DNA of 64,000 nt from Eledone cirrhosa (lineage: Eukaryota): NCBI GenBank assembly GCA_964016885.1, contig OZ024741.1, positions 166,160,001-166,224,000 on the forward strand. The letters are read 5' to 3'. Below the pieces are notes generated by a model. The model searched no databases and was not told the DNA's origin. It saw only the letters and a program-made list of their open reading frames with translations. Positions 1 through 10,385 of this stretch are shown piece after piece; position 1 is the stretch's first letter; each line of letters starts with the position of its first letter. A program made the translations under genes and the position numbers.

Positions 1-15
1 AAGACAGCAGCAGCA

Positions 16-810
16 GTGGAAATATTAACAACAACAACAGCAATACCAAATGCAGCTGCAACAGAGACTCCAGTGCAAACATCACCAACAACAACAAGTG
101 AAAGAGTGGAGCTGGTACCCCTCCCCGACCTTACAGAATCAGACATGGAGTGTGAGGTGGGAGAGGGATGGCAAAAGGTCGTAAGAAGGCACAAACGCAG
201 AAGCAGCGCATCGTGGCCTTTGAAAAGGGAGGAAAGAAATGAGAAAAGGGTAAAGTCTACTGCAAAGAGACCCACAGCAGCAACACCACCAACACCATCA
301 CCACCCACACCAGCACCACCATCACCACCGGCGACAACCCCACCGCCAACAACACGTTCAACACCACCACCACAAGCACCAACATCGCAAACACAACAAC
401 AAAACACACACACCCAGCAACAACGACAAGAAAATAGCAGAACCACACCCCACCCCCAGAAAAACAAATGCACGGCAATAAATACACACAACAAGAAACT
501 AATGACTTACATAATTGAACACACAGACATTTCACAACAGGACTACATAATACCAGCACCAATCAAAACGCCAACTAACATAAGACTGCTAAAAATAGCA
601 CAGAAACAATACACAAACATTAAAACGAAATTCCCCAACGCAGTTGGTGATTTCAGGGACCTAGGAGGAACCATCAATCGAAGAGTATACTCAGACATTC
701 TCTTAGAAGAGCCGACGACCAGCCGAAGGGACGATTCAACGGTCCCTTCACCAGACGATCAAGTGAAAAGGGATGTAAAAACCATCCCTCCTCTACCAAA
801 AGTACGGTAA
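16..810 (+). CDS. Tx1 ORF1, C-terminal part (copy 1, truncated by window start)
   Basis: Matches the C-terminal 264 aa of the ORF at 4834-6930. Confidence 0.9.
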   Translation: MEILTTTTAIPNAAATETPVQTSPTTTSERVELVPLPDLTESDMECEVGEGWQKVVRRHKRRSSASWPLKREERNEKRVKSTAKRPTAATPPTPSPPTPAPPSPPATTPPPTTRSTPPPQAPTSQTQQQNTHTQQQRQENSRTTPHPQKNKCTAINTHNKKLMTYIIEHTDISQQDYIIPAPIKTPTNIRLLKIAQKQYTNIKTKFPNAVGDFRDLGGTINRRVYSDILLEEPTTSRRDDSTVPSPDDQVKRDVKTIPPLPKVR

Positions 811-845
811 GTGGTCTTTCCCATCTTTTCCACTCTATTTTAAAC

Positions 846-3800
846 ATGACCTCACTCAGAATAGGCAGCATAAATGCGCGTGGCTTGGGGTCGTCATGGA
901 AGCAGGGTCACCTGCTCAACGACCTCAGGTCACTAAACATAGATGTAGTGGCCATCAGCGAGACCAGAATCTCCGAAGCACGGGCCTTCGCACCGATCTT
1001 CGGCGGCTACGACGTGTACGCATCTCCCAGCCGTCCTGGATCGGGTGGAGGAGTTGCTGTGCTTTTTCGGAGAGGTTTGGATCTCGCCATACGGGCCATC
1101 TTCCTGGACCCAGAGGGTAAGCTGGTGGTGCTGGACGTAACCAGCGGAGACGGGCAAGCTTTCAGGCTAGTGGCCGTCTATGCCCCGACAGGAGCAGGGC
1201 GGCCTGATTTCTTCCGGCGTCTGGAGACCTTTCTTGGAACGTCCCGCTCTTTAGTGTTAGTGGGCGACTGGAACGGGATCTTAGATGCACGCTGGGACTG
1301 TGTGGGATTAGCGGATAGGGGTGGAGGGTGCAAGAGCCTCACCAACCTGCTCAGGCGTTTTGAACTGTCTGACAGGTACCGATTGGATTTCCCGAATGTG
1401 CCAATGTGGACTTGGACAAACCGCATAGGGTCATCCAGATCATATCTAGATAGAGTATTTTGTAGGGAAATAGATAGGTCTAGCATAGGCTGTCCACAAT
1501 TCAAGATAGTCAGCTACACGGACCACAAATTCGTGACCTGTGTGCTTGACTTAGATAGGCTTCATAGACGAGGACCCGGCTACTGGAAGCTAAACGCGTC
1601 CTTACCAGCGCGCAAGGCCTACAGAGACCGGATTAGCGAACTAGTTAAGCGGGCGTTGACGGGGGCCATCGTCAACAACAAGTGGTGGTTTGCTCTGAAA
1701 AGAGCGATTAGAATAGAATCGATTAGGTTTAGTAAGGCTTTAGCAATAGAGAAAAATAGAGCAGAGGGAGAACTAGTTAGAAAATTAGACGAGGCGCTTA
1801 GCAAAGGCATTGCGACCGACGTGCTTGCGGCGAAATTGGCCCTTGACCAATTCTTCAATGCAAAGCACGAAGGCTGCGTTGTCAGAGCTAGGGTGCGTGC
1901 TCTCAGACACGAGGGGACGAAAGCCGTTCAATGGGCCCGAGTGGCGGAGGCGCGTCGTGGCAACAAAGCCACGATCCGGTCTTTGGTGGACCACGACGGG
2001 CGCATGCTACTCGATCCCGGGCAAATGTGTGAAGCTTTTCAGCGACACTTCGCTCAGCTGTTCGGGGGCAGCGGGGGGCCGGGTAGAGGGATGGACTTTA
2101 GTGTCTACCTCGACGGACTGCCGCGGCTCTCGGCCACTGAGGCGAAGTGTTGCGAAAAGCCGATAACAGCCGCTGAAGTACGGGAGGCAATGACTGGCTG
2201 CACAAGGGGTAAATCGCCTGGTTTGGATGGTCTGCCCTATGAACTTTACGTACAGATGCCAGACTTGTTCGGAGGCCTCTTGGCGGACGTCTACTGCAAC
2301 TGGCAACAGAACGGGAGAATTCCCAGTTCTGTGAGCCGAGGAGCGGTGGCACTGCTGAGAAAGGATCCGAACAAGGGGGATAACATAGACAATTTCCGGC
2401 CCATAACTCTGCTAAACACAGAGTTTAAGATTTTGGCCAAGGTGCTAGCAAAGAGGTTGGCGCTTGTCGTTGGTGGTCTGGTGGGAGAGGCGCAGACATG
2501 CGCCATTCCCGACAGATCCATCCACGACAACCTCCACCTCATGCGATACATCGTAGAGAGGGTAGCTAGGGAACCTGGCACGGGTGGGTCCTTGATCAAT
2601 TTAGATCAGTCGAAAGCTTTCGATAGGGTCGACCATCGTTACTTAGCGGCAGTCCTGAGGGCGGCTGGCTTTGGGCCCGTCTTCAGAGGCTGGATCGCTG
2701 CCATGCACAGCGACATCTGCTCTGTGGTGAGAGTGAACGGTCACCTGTCGGAACCGTTCAACATCATGCGCTCGGTCCGCCAAGGATGTCCCCTCTCGTC
2801 CCTCTTGTACGTATTGACTCTCGAGCCATTACTGCACAAACTGGAGACGTTGAGGGGAGTCCCGCACGAACTAGGATGCGGAAGATCCGTGTCAGCATAT
2901 GCGGACGATGTCACCGTAGTGGTGTCGAACGCCAAACACATCGAGGCGATCGGCACTACACTAAGAGAATACGAAGCGGTTACAGGAGCAATGATCAACC
3001 AGGAAAAGTCAGTGGGCCTGCAGCTCGGCACCTGGAGAGGCAGGTCCATGCCGTCCAACAGCGTCGTCGGGCGCTGGACGGACGGACCGGTTAAATTGCT
3101 AGGGGTCTGGTTCGGTCCGGACCTCCAGACGGACAAAAACTGGGACGAGGTGACGAGCAGGGTGGCTTCTCTCACCCAGAAATGGGCGGAGAGGAAGCTA
3201 TCCCTGAAAGGTCGAGCGGAGGTGGCTAACGCGTACATCGCGTCTGTCATCTGCTACCGCCTAACCGTCGTACCTTGTCCTAAGCCTCGCCTGACTGCGC
3301 TGGAGCGTTTGCTCTTTCGCTTTTTGTGGAAGGGACGTGCTCCGATGGTCAGGCGGTCCATCTGTTGTCAACACCCGCTACGTGGAGGGCTGGGCATGCC
3401 GTGGCTGATGATGCGCAGGCACGCGCTCAGGCTACGACATCTCCACCTCTTCCTCGACGGTGATCAGGTGTGGTCGCCGTTTGCTAGACGCGTTTTTCCC
3501 CAGCTCGTTTCCTTGACGGAGCTGCAGTCCTGGGTCAAGCGAAGACCGAGAGGGAGCGCCTGGAGACTGGAATGTCTTCAGGCGCTCACAGCCCTCGACC
3601 AATCGGGCAATGTGATCGGTGGAAACTCCACCTCGGCGTTCTATAGAGGATTAGTGGAGGGGAAGAGCGACGACGTACTTGGGGAAACTCTAGGCGTCGA
3701 CGAAAATCAACTAGCCAATCTCTTCGGAAGAACTTTCGGGCCGGGGCCTATGGACAACTTCCAGAAATCTCTGGCCTGGCAGTGCTACCGAGGAGCCTTG

Positions 3801-4265
3801 CCAGTTCGGGATAAACTCTACAGGCATGGAGGTGCCGTCAGCCGGGCATGTCCGAGATGCGCGCAGGGCGACGAAACCGTCCTGCACGCACTCGTCCAGT
3901 GTCCGAAAATTGCTGACTTGTGGGTTTATGTCGAACACCTGCTGTCGCGTTTAGGACGGATCCAGCTATCATCTGAGTCTATCGTGAGGATTGCCCCGCC
4001 CTCCTCCTTTAGCCGGGAAGGGCAGGCAGTTTTTATCTGTCTGGTGGCCATGGCGAAAGAGATAGTATGGTGGACACGTTTGAAAGGGCTGAAGACGAGC
4101 ACTTACCTCTTCGGTGATGCTCTGATTGACTTTTTCAAATTTCATTTGAAAAGGAAAATCAGAGTAGAGAGGGAAGTGCTCTCTTCCCAGTATTTTGTTG
4201 AAAGATGGGTGAGAGAAGCAAGAATGGCCCGAGTGAATGGGCCGACTCTGAGTATATATCTGTAA
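846..4265 (+). CDS. Tx1 ORF2: APE endonuclease, reverse transcriptase, C-terminal zinc finger (1139 aa)
   Basis: EN motifs IGSINARGL, ISETR, VYAP, GDWN, YLDR, TDH; linker GPGYWKLN; RT motifs PGLDG, FRPITLLN, DQSKAFDRVDH, QGCPLS, YADD; GGLGMP; CPRC...ETVLHALVQC. Confidence 0.97.
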   Translation: MTSLRIGSINARGLGSSWKQGHLLNDLRSLNIDVVAISETRISEARAFAPIFGGYDVYASPSRPGSGGGVAVLFRRGLDLAIRAIFLDPEGKLVVLDVTSGDGQAFRLVAVYAPTGAGRPDFFRRLETFLGTSRSLVLVGDWNGILDARWDCVGLADRGGGCKSLTNLLRRFELSDRYRLDFPNVPMWTWTNRIGSSRSYLDRVFCREIDRSSIGCPQFKIVSYTDHKFVTCVLDLDRLHRRGPGYWKLNASLPARKAYRDRISELVKRALTGAIVNNKWWFALKRAIRIESIRFSKALAIEKNRAEGELVRKLDEALSKGIATDVLAAKLALDQFFNAKHEGCVVRARVRALRHEGTKAVQWARVAEARRGNKATIRSLVDHDGRMLLDPGQMCEAFQRHFAQLFGGSGGPGRGMDFSVYLDGLPRLSATEAKCCEKPITAAEVREAMTGCTRGKSPGLDGLPYELYVQMPDLFGGLLADVYCNWQQNGRIPSSVSRGAVALLRKDPNKGDNIDNFRPITLLNTEFKILAKVLAKRLALVVGGLVGEAQTCAIPDRSIHDNLHLMRYIVERVAREPGTGGSLINLDQSKAFDRVDHRYLAAVLRAAGFGPVFRGWIAAMHSDICSVVRVNGHLSEPFNIMRSVRQGCPLSSLLYVLTLEPLLHKLETLRGVPHELGCGRSVSAYADDVTVVVSNAKHIEAIGTTLREYEAVTGAMINQEKSVGLQLGTWRGRSMPSNSVVGRWTDGPVKLLGVWFGPDLQTDKNWDEVTSRVASLTQKWAERKLSLKGRAEVANAYIASVICYRLTVVPCPKPRLTALERLLFRFLWKGRAPMVRRSICCQHPLRGGLGMPWLMMRRHALRLRHLHLFLDGDQVWSPFARRVFPQLVSLTELQSWVKRRPRGSAWRLECLQALTALDQSGNVIGGNSTSAFYRGLVEGKSDDVLGETLGVDENQLANLFGRTFGPGPMDNFQKSLAWQCYRGALPVRDKLYRHGGAVSRACPRCAQGDETVLHALVQCPKIADLWVYVEHLLSRLGRIQLSSESIVRIAPPSSFSREGQAVFICLVAMAKEIVWWTRLKGLKTSTYLFGDALIDFFKFHLKRKIRVEREVLSSQYFVERWVREARMARVNGPTLSIYL

Positions 4266-4525
4266 ACTAAAGGTGGAAAACTGGGAGAGGGCACTTGCCT
4301 TGGTGGTCAGGGTCATTGTGGCTTTTTACTGGGCTTTCTCCACAAATGTCCCTCCGAAGTCTCCCCCCTATTGGGGAATTTTTCATTGTTATTTTCATTG
4401 TTATTTTTGTTACATCCTCTGTTTTTGTTTTTTTACACGCAGAAATGCCCATTTGTACCGTCCTGCATTGTCCTGCACTGTCCTTAATGTCTACTTTATG
4501 TAAACCCTTGTGGTTAATAAAGAAA

Positions 4526-4556
<31 letters not shown>

Positions 4557-4618
4557 ACTGGATAATTGCTGGCCTTGTGCCAAAAGTAGAAACAATTATT
4601 ATTATTATTATTATTATT
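4557..4618 (+). mobile_element. 38-nt SINE 3'-end fragment plus (ATT)n between Tx1 copies 1 and 2
   Basis: actggataattgctggccttgtgccaaaagtagaaaca matches the SINE 3' ends at ~35113-35150 and ~53580-53620. Confidence 0.9.
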
Positions 4619-4833
4619 GAATGCCATGGTTGACGGAGGCTCGGCTCTGTAAGGTATAGTAATTTTTAACCGTTAAAACAATTGTAAATTGTTTAAAACT
4701 TGAACCAAATTGTTGATAAAGACACCCTCCTCCTCGTGAGAGGGGTCTTTCTGTCCGTTATTTGGCCCTTCAGGGTTAAATAATCAGTTATTGGGGTTTT
4801 GTACCCAAAATTTCATTTTAAACAAAAAACAAC

Positions 4834-6930
4834 ATGGCTACGAAAAAGAAATTTCATACGTCACTCCCACTCATTCCGTCTTCTTCTTCCTCAATCATCA
4901 CTACAGCAGAGAGAAGATTGTCTCTCTCCCTCCCTTCTTTAAATGTGTCTCTCTCCCTCCCTTCTCTTTCGCAAATGACGAAAGAAAAGAAAAGTCTCGT
5001 GCAAAGCGTGCAAGGTTTCTCCACGACGACGACGACAGCGACGAAACAGGTGTGCGGGAAATACGAAAACCCAGTTCATTCGTCTGACGTCAGGAATAAT
5101 AGCAGTAGCAGCCGTAATAACAACAGCAACAGTGACAATGAAAACAACAGTAGCAGCCGCAACAGCATCACCAGCAGCATAAACAACAACAGCATTAGCA
5201 GCAGCAACACCAACAACAACCACAGCAACAGCGGCGGAGGCAGTAGTCGTAGTACCTGCAGCAACAACAAAAGTACCAGCAGCTCTGACGACAACAACAA
5301 CAGCAGAGAAAAACCAATCTCATTTGCAGGTATTGCGAAAAACTTGGAAACAATCCTCATAACAAATGAGGAATTAGAGGAAGCGAAGAAGATGGTGACA
5401 AAGAACGGACACCGAGCAATCTGCAAGGCAGCGAAAAATTTTTTCGAAACCCAAGAGCACTGTACGGTCACGTACCGTACAGTAAGTACAAAATCCCGTA
5501 GGGTGGAAAGAGCCACAGAGGCCCAAATACAAAAAGCCTTGGGGTCTGTGTGGCAGCGGAAAACGCACATCACCCGAGGCAAAAAATATGCCACCGTAGA
5601 CGTACTTTTTGCCACACCCCAGGAGGCAAAGGCCCAATCAGTAGTAACCCTAAGGAGCGAGGAAATGGTGTTGGTGCCCTCCTACTGTGGGCAAAAAATT
5701 GTGAGGGTCAAACTGACCCACGTCCCCCCCGGAATGACCCCTTCTTGGCTGGCCGCGTCTGTCCTCGTCGGAATCGAGGACAAAACAACTGTACTGCAAG
5801 TACAGAAAAAAGTAAGAGAAGATTGGGTCGGCTCCTCCATTGAGATGCTAATCCAAACCAACCAGGAGTGCATCGAAGCTATCCCGGATGTGATAGACTT
5901 CGATAACGGCACTCAACTGCCCATAAGTGTTGAGGGCAAACGCCCGAAATGCTTTCGCTGTGGATCGAAGACTCACCTCAGGGCCTTCTGCAACGAGAAG
6001 ACCCTGAGAAAGGAGAAAACCCCCCTCCTTCCGAATCCGGCTCCACAGCTACCAGCAACAGGACAAGCGGCAACCAGGAACGATAGGTCCGTGGCACCCA
6101 TACCCACTCCACGGAAATCAAAGACAGCAGCAGCAGTGGAAATATTAACAACAACAACAGCAATACCAAATGCAGCTGCAACAGAGACTCCAGTGCAAAC
6201 ATCACCAACAACAACAAGTGAAAGAGTGGAGCTGGTACCCCTCCCCGACCTTACAGAATCAGACATGGAGTGTGAGGTGGGAGAGGGATGGCAAAAGGTC
6301 GCAAGAAGGCACAAACGCAGAAGCAGCGCATCGTCGCCTTTGAAAAGGGAGGAAAGAAATGAGAAAAGGGTAAAGTCTACTGCAAAGAGACCCACAGCAG
6401 CAACAACACCAACACCATCACCACCCACACTAGCGCCACCATCACCACCGGCGACAACCCCACCGCCAACAACACCTTCAACACCACCACCACAAGCACC
6501 AACATCGCAAACACAACAACAAAACACACACACCCAGCAACAACGACAAGAAAATAGCAGAACCACACCCCACCCCCAGAAAAACAAATGCACGGCAATA
6601 AATACACACAACAAGAAACTAATGACTTACATAATTGAACACACAGACATTTCACAACAGGACTACATAATACCAGCACCAATCAAAACGCCAACTAACA
6701 TAAGACTGCTAAAAATAGCACAGAAACAATACACAAATATTAAAACGAAATTCCCCAACGCAGTTGGTGATTTTAGGGACCTAGGAGGAACCATCAATCG
6801 AAGAGTATACTCAGACATTCTCTTAGAAGAGCCGACGACCAGCCGAAGGGACGATTCAACGGTCCCTTCACCAGACGATCAAGTGAAAAGGGATGTAAAA
6901 ACCATCCCTCCTCTACCAAAAGTACGGTAA
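4834..6930 (+). CDS. Tx1 ORF1 gag-like RNA-binding protein (698 aa)
   Basis: CCHC knuckle CFRCGSKTHLRAFC, an upstream RRM-like segment (inferred), N/S-rich and P/T-rich low-complexity tracts; lies directly upstream of ORF2. Confidence 0.92.
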   Translation: MATKKKFHTSLPLIPSSSSSIITTAERRLSLSLPSLNVSLSLPSLSQMTKEKKSLVQSVQGFSTTTTTATKQVCGKYENPVHSSDVRNNSSSSRNNNSNSDNENNSSSRNSITSSINNNSISSSNTNNNHSNSGGGSSRSTCSNNKSTSSSDDNNNSREKPISFAGIAKNLETILITNEELEEAKKMVTKNGHRAICKAAKNFFETQEHCTVTYRTVSTKSRRVERATEAQIQKALGSVWQRKTHITRGKKYATVDVLFATPQEAKAQSVVTLRSEEMVLVPSYCGQKIVRVKLTHVPPGMTPSWLAASVLVGIEDKTTVLQVQKKVREDWVGSSIEMLIQTNQECIEAIPDVIDFDNGTQLPISVEGKRPKCFRCGSKTHLRAFCNEKTLRKEKTPLLPNPAPQLPATGQAATRNDRSVAPIPTPRKSKTAAAVEILTTTTAIPNAAATETPVQTSPTTTSERVELVPLPDLTESDMECEVGEGWQKVARRHKRRSSASSPLKREERNEKRVKSTAKRPTAATTPTPSPPTLAPPSPPATTPPPTTPSTPPPQAPTSQTQQQNTHTQQQRQENSRTTPHPQKNKCTAINTHNKKLMTYIIEHTDISQQDYIIPAPIKTPTNIRLLKIAQKQYTNIKTKFPNAVGDFRDLGGTINRRVYSDILLEEPTTSRRDDSTVPSPDDQVKRDVKTIPPLPKVR

Positions 6931-6965
6931 GTGGTCTTTCCCATCTTTTCCACTCTATTTTAAAC

Positions 6966-9900
6966 ATGACCTCACTCAGAATAGGCAGCATAAATGCGCG
7001 TGGCTTGGGGTCGTCATGGAAGCAGGGTCACCTGCTCAACGACCTCAGGTCACTAAACATAGATGTAGTGGCCATCAGCGAGACCAGAATCTCCGAAGCA
7101 CGGGCCTTCGCACCGATCTTCGGCGGCTTCGATGTGTACGCATCTCCCAGCCGTCCTGGATCCGGTGGAGGAGTTGCTGTGCTTTTTCGGAGAGGTTTGG
7201 ATCTCGTCATACGGGCCATCTTCCTGGACCCAGAGGGTAAGCTGGTGGTGCTGGACGTGACCAGCGGAGACGGGCAAGCTTTCAGGCTAGTGGCCGTCTA
7301 TGCCCCGACAGGAGCAGGGCGGCCTGATTTCTTCCGGCGTCTGGAGACCTTTCTTGGAACGTCCCGCTCTTTAGTGTTAGTGGGCGACTGGAACGGGATC
7401 TTAGATGCACGCTGGGACTGTGTGGGATTAGCGGATAGGGGTGGAGGGTGCAAGAGCCTCACCAACCTGCTCAGGCGTTTTGAACTGTCTGACAGGTACC
7501 GATTGGATTTCCCGAATGTGCCAATGTGGACTTGGACAAACCTCATAGGGTCATCCAGATCATATCTAGATAGAGTATTTTGTAGGGAAATAGATAGGTC
7601 TAGCATAGGCTGTCCACAATTCAAGATAGTCAGCTACACGGACCACAAATTCGTGATCTGTGTGCTTGACTTAGATAGGCTTCATAGACGAGGACCCGGC
7701 TACTGGAAGCTAAACGCGTCCTTACCAGCGCGCAAGGCCTACAGAGACCGGATTAGCGAACTAGTTAAGCGGGCGTTGACGGGGGCCATCGTCAACAACA
7801 AGTGGTGGTTTGCTCTGAAAAGAGCGATTAGAATAGAATCGATTAGGTTTACTAAGGCTTTAGCAATAGAGAAAAATAGAGCAGAGGGAGAACTAGTTAG
7901 AAAATTAGACGAGGCGCTTAGCAAAGGCATTGCGACCGACGTGCTTGCGGCGAAATTGGCCCTTGACCAATTCTTCAATGCAAAGCACGAAGGCTGCGTT
8001 GTCAGAGCAAGGGTGCGTGCTCTCAGACACGAGGGGACGAAAGCCGTGCAATGGGCCCGAGTGGCGGAGGCGCGTCGTGGCAACAAAGCCACGATCCGGT
8101 CTTTGGTGGACCACGACGGGCGCATGCTACTCGATCCCGGGCAAATGTGTGAAGCTTTTCAGCGACACTTCGCTCAGCTGTTCGGGGGCAGCGGTGGGCC
8201 GGGTAGAGGGATGGACTTTAGTGTCTACCTCGACGGACTGCCGCGGCTCTCGGCCACTGAGGTGAAGTGTTGCGAAAAGCCGATAACAGCCGCTGAAGTA
8301 AGGGAGGCAATGACTGGCTGCACAAGGGGTAAATCGCCTGGTTTGGATGGTCTGCCCTATGAACTTTACGTACAGATGCCAGACTTGTTCGGAGGCCTCT
8401 TGGCGGACGTCTACTGCAACTGGCAACAGAACGGGAGAATTCCCAGTTCTGTGAGCCGAGGAGCGGTGGCACTGCTGAGAAAGGATCCGAACAAGGGGGA
8501 TAACATAGAAAATTTCCGGCCCATAACTCTGCTAAACACAGAGTTTAAGATTTTGGCCAAGGTGCTAGCAAAGAGGTTGGCGCTTGACGTTGGTGGTCTG
8601 GTGGGAGAGGCGCAGACATGCGCCATTCCCGACAGATCCATCCACGACAACCTCCACCTCATGCGATACATCGTAGAGAGGGTAGCTAGGGAACCTGGCA
8701 CGGGTGGGTCCTTGATCAATTTAGATCAGTCGAAAGCTTTCGATAGGGTCGACCATCGTTACCTAGCGGCAGTCCTGAGGGCGGCTGGTTTTGGGCCCGT
8801 CTTCAGAGGCTGGATCGCTGCCATGCACAGCGACATCTGCTCTGTGGTGAGAGTGAACGGTCACCTGTCGGAACCGTTCAACATCATGCGCTCGGTCCGC
8901 CAAGGATGTCCCCTCTCGTCCCTCTTGTACGTATTGACGCTCGAGCCATTACTGCACAAACTGGAGACGTTGAGGGGAGTCCCGCGCGAACTAGGATGCG
9001 GAAGATCCGTGTCAGCATATGCGGACGATGTCACCGTAGTGGTGTCGAACGCCAAACACATCGAGGCGATCGGCACTACACTAAGAGAATACGAAGCGGT
9101 GACAGGAGCAATGATCAACCAGGAAAAGTCAGTGGGCCTGCAGCTCGGCACCTGGATAGGCAGGTCCATGCCGTCCAACAGCGTCGTCGGGCGCTGGACG
9201 GACGGACCGGTTAAATTGCTAGGGGTCTGGTTCGGTCCGGACCTCCAGACGGACAAAAACTGGGACGAGGTGACGAGCAGGGTGGCTTCTCTCACCCAGA
9301 AATGGGCGGAGAGGAAGCTATCCCTGAAAGGTCGAGCGGAGGTGGCTAACGCGTACATCGCGTCTGTCATCTGCTACCGCCTAACCGTCGTACCTTGTCC
9401 TAAGCCTCGCCTGACTGCGCTGGAGCGTTTGCTCTTTCGCTTTTTGTGGAAGGGACGTGCTCCGATGGTCAGGCGGTCCATCTGTTGTCAACACCCGCTA
9501 CGTGGAGGGCTGGGCATGCCGTGGCTGATGATGCGCAGGCACGCGCTCAGGCTACGACATCTCCACCTCTTCCTCGACGGTGATCAGGTGTGGTCGCCGT
9601 TTGCTAGACGCGTTTTTCCCCAGCTCGTTTCCTTGACGGAGCTGCAGTCCTGGGTCAAGCGAAGACCGAGAGGGAGCGCCTGGAGACTGGAATGTCTTCA
9701 GGCGCTCACAGCCCTCGACCAATCGGGCAATGTGATCGGTGGAAACTCCACCTCGGCGTTCTATAGAGGATTAGTGGAGGGGAAGAGCGACGACGTACTT
9801 GGGGAAACTCTAGGCGTCGACGAAAATCAACTAGCCAATCTCTTCGGAAGAACTTTCGGGCCAGGGCCTATGGACAACTTCCAGAAATCTCTGGCCTGGC

Positions 9901-10385
9901 AGTGCTACCGAGGAGCCTTGCCAGTTCGGGATAAACTCTACAGGCATGGAGGTGCCGTCAGCCGGGCATGTCCGAGATGCGCGCTGGGCGACGAAACCGT
10001 CCTGCACGCACTCGTCCAGTGTCCGAAAATTGCTGACTTGTGGGTTTATGTCGAACACCTGCTGTCGCGTTTAGGACGGATCCAGCTATCATCTGAGTCT
10101 ATCGTGAGGATTGCCCCGCCCTCCTCCTTTAGCCGGGAAGGGCAGGCAGTTTTTATCTGTCTGGTGGCCATGGCGAAAGAGATAGTATGGTGGACACGTT
10201 TGAAAGGGCTGAAGACGAGCACTTACCTCTTCGGTGATGCTCTGATTGACTTTTTCAAATTTCATTTGAAAAGGAAAATCAGAGTAGAGAAGGAAGTGCT
10301 CTCTTCCCAGCATTTTGTTGAAAGATGGGTGAGAGAAGCAAGAATGACCCGAGTGAATGGGCCGACTCTGAGTATATATCTGTAA
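6966..10385 (+). CDS. Tx1 ORF2 (APE-RT-zinc finger), copy 2
   Basis: 1139 aa with the same motifs as 846-4265. Confidence 0.97.
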   Translation: MTSLRIGSINARGLGSSWKQGHLLNDLRSLNIDVVAISETRISEARAFAPIFGGFDVYASPSRPGSGGGVAVLFRRGLDLVIRAIFLDPEGKLVVLDVTSGDGQAFRLVAVYAPTGAGRPDFFRRLETFLGTSRSLVLVGDWNGILDARWDCVGLADRGGGCKSLTNLLRRFELSDRYRLDFPNVPMWTWTNLIGSSRSYLDRVFCREIDRSSIGCPQFKIVSYTDHKFVICVLDLDRLHRRGPGYWKLNASLPARKAYRDRISELVKRALTGAIVNNKWWFALKRAIRIESIRFTKALAIEKNRAEGELVRKLDEALSKGIATDVLAAKLALDQFFNAKHEGCVVRARVRALRHEGTKAVQWARVAEARRGNKATIRSLVDHDGRMLLDPGQMCEAFQRHFAQLFGGSGGPGRGMDFSVYLDGLPRLSATEVKCCEKPITAAEVREAMTGCTRGKSPGLDGLPYELYVQMPDLFGGLLADVYCNWQQNGRIPSSVSRGAVALLRKDPNKGDNIENFRPITLLNTEFKILAKVLAKRLALDVGGLVGEAQTCAIPDRSIHDNLHLMRYIVERVAREPGTGGSLINLDQSKAFDRVDHRYLAAVLRAAGFGPVFRGWIAAMHSDICSVVRVNGHLSEPFNIMRSVRQGCPLSSLLYVLTLEPLLHKLETLRGVPRELGCGRSVSAYADDVTVVVSNAKHIEAIGTTLREYEAVTGAMINQEKSVGLQLGTWIGRSMPSNSVVGRWTDGPVKLLGVWFGPDLQTDKNWDEVTSRVASLTQKWAERKLSLKGRAEVANAYIASVICYRLTVVPCPKPRLTALERLLFRFLWKGRAPMVRRSICCQHPLRGGLGMPWLMMRRHALRLRHLHLFLDGDQVWSPFARRVFPQLVSLTELQSWVKRRPRGSAWRLECLQALTALDQSGNVIGGNSTSAFYRGLVEGKSDDVLGETLGVDENQLANLFGRTFGPGPMDNFQKSLAWQCYRGALPVRDKLYRHGGAVSRACPRCALGDETVLHALVQCPKIADLWVYVEHLLSRLGRIQLSSESIVRIAPPSSFSREGQAVFICLVAMAKEIVWWTRLKGLKTSTYLFGDALIDFFKFHLKRKIRVEKEVLSSQHFVERWVREARMTRVNGPTLSIYL

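Larger units (their letters stand above)
1..4556 (+). mobile_element. Tx1-clade non-LTR retrotransposon, array copy 1 (5' part outside window)
   Basis: Contains ORF1 C-terminus, intact ORF2 and a 3'UTR ending AATAAAGAAATC(ATT)n. Near-identical to copies 2-4. Confidence 0.95.

Noticed and set aside
4718-4750. HDV-like ribozyme in the Tx1 5'UTR (TCCTCGT resembles the L3 loop)
   Set aside because: I could not build P3 or the nested P1/P2 pseudoknot; a simple hairpin explains the segment.
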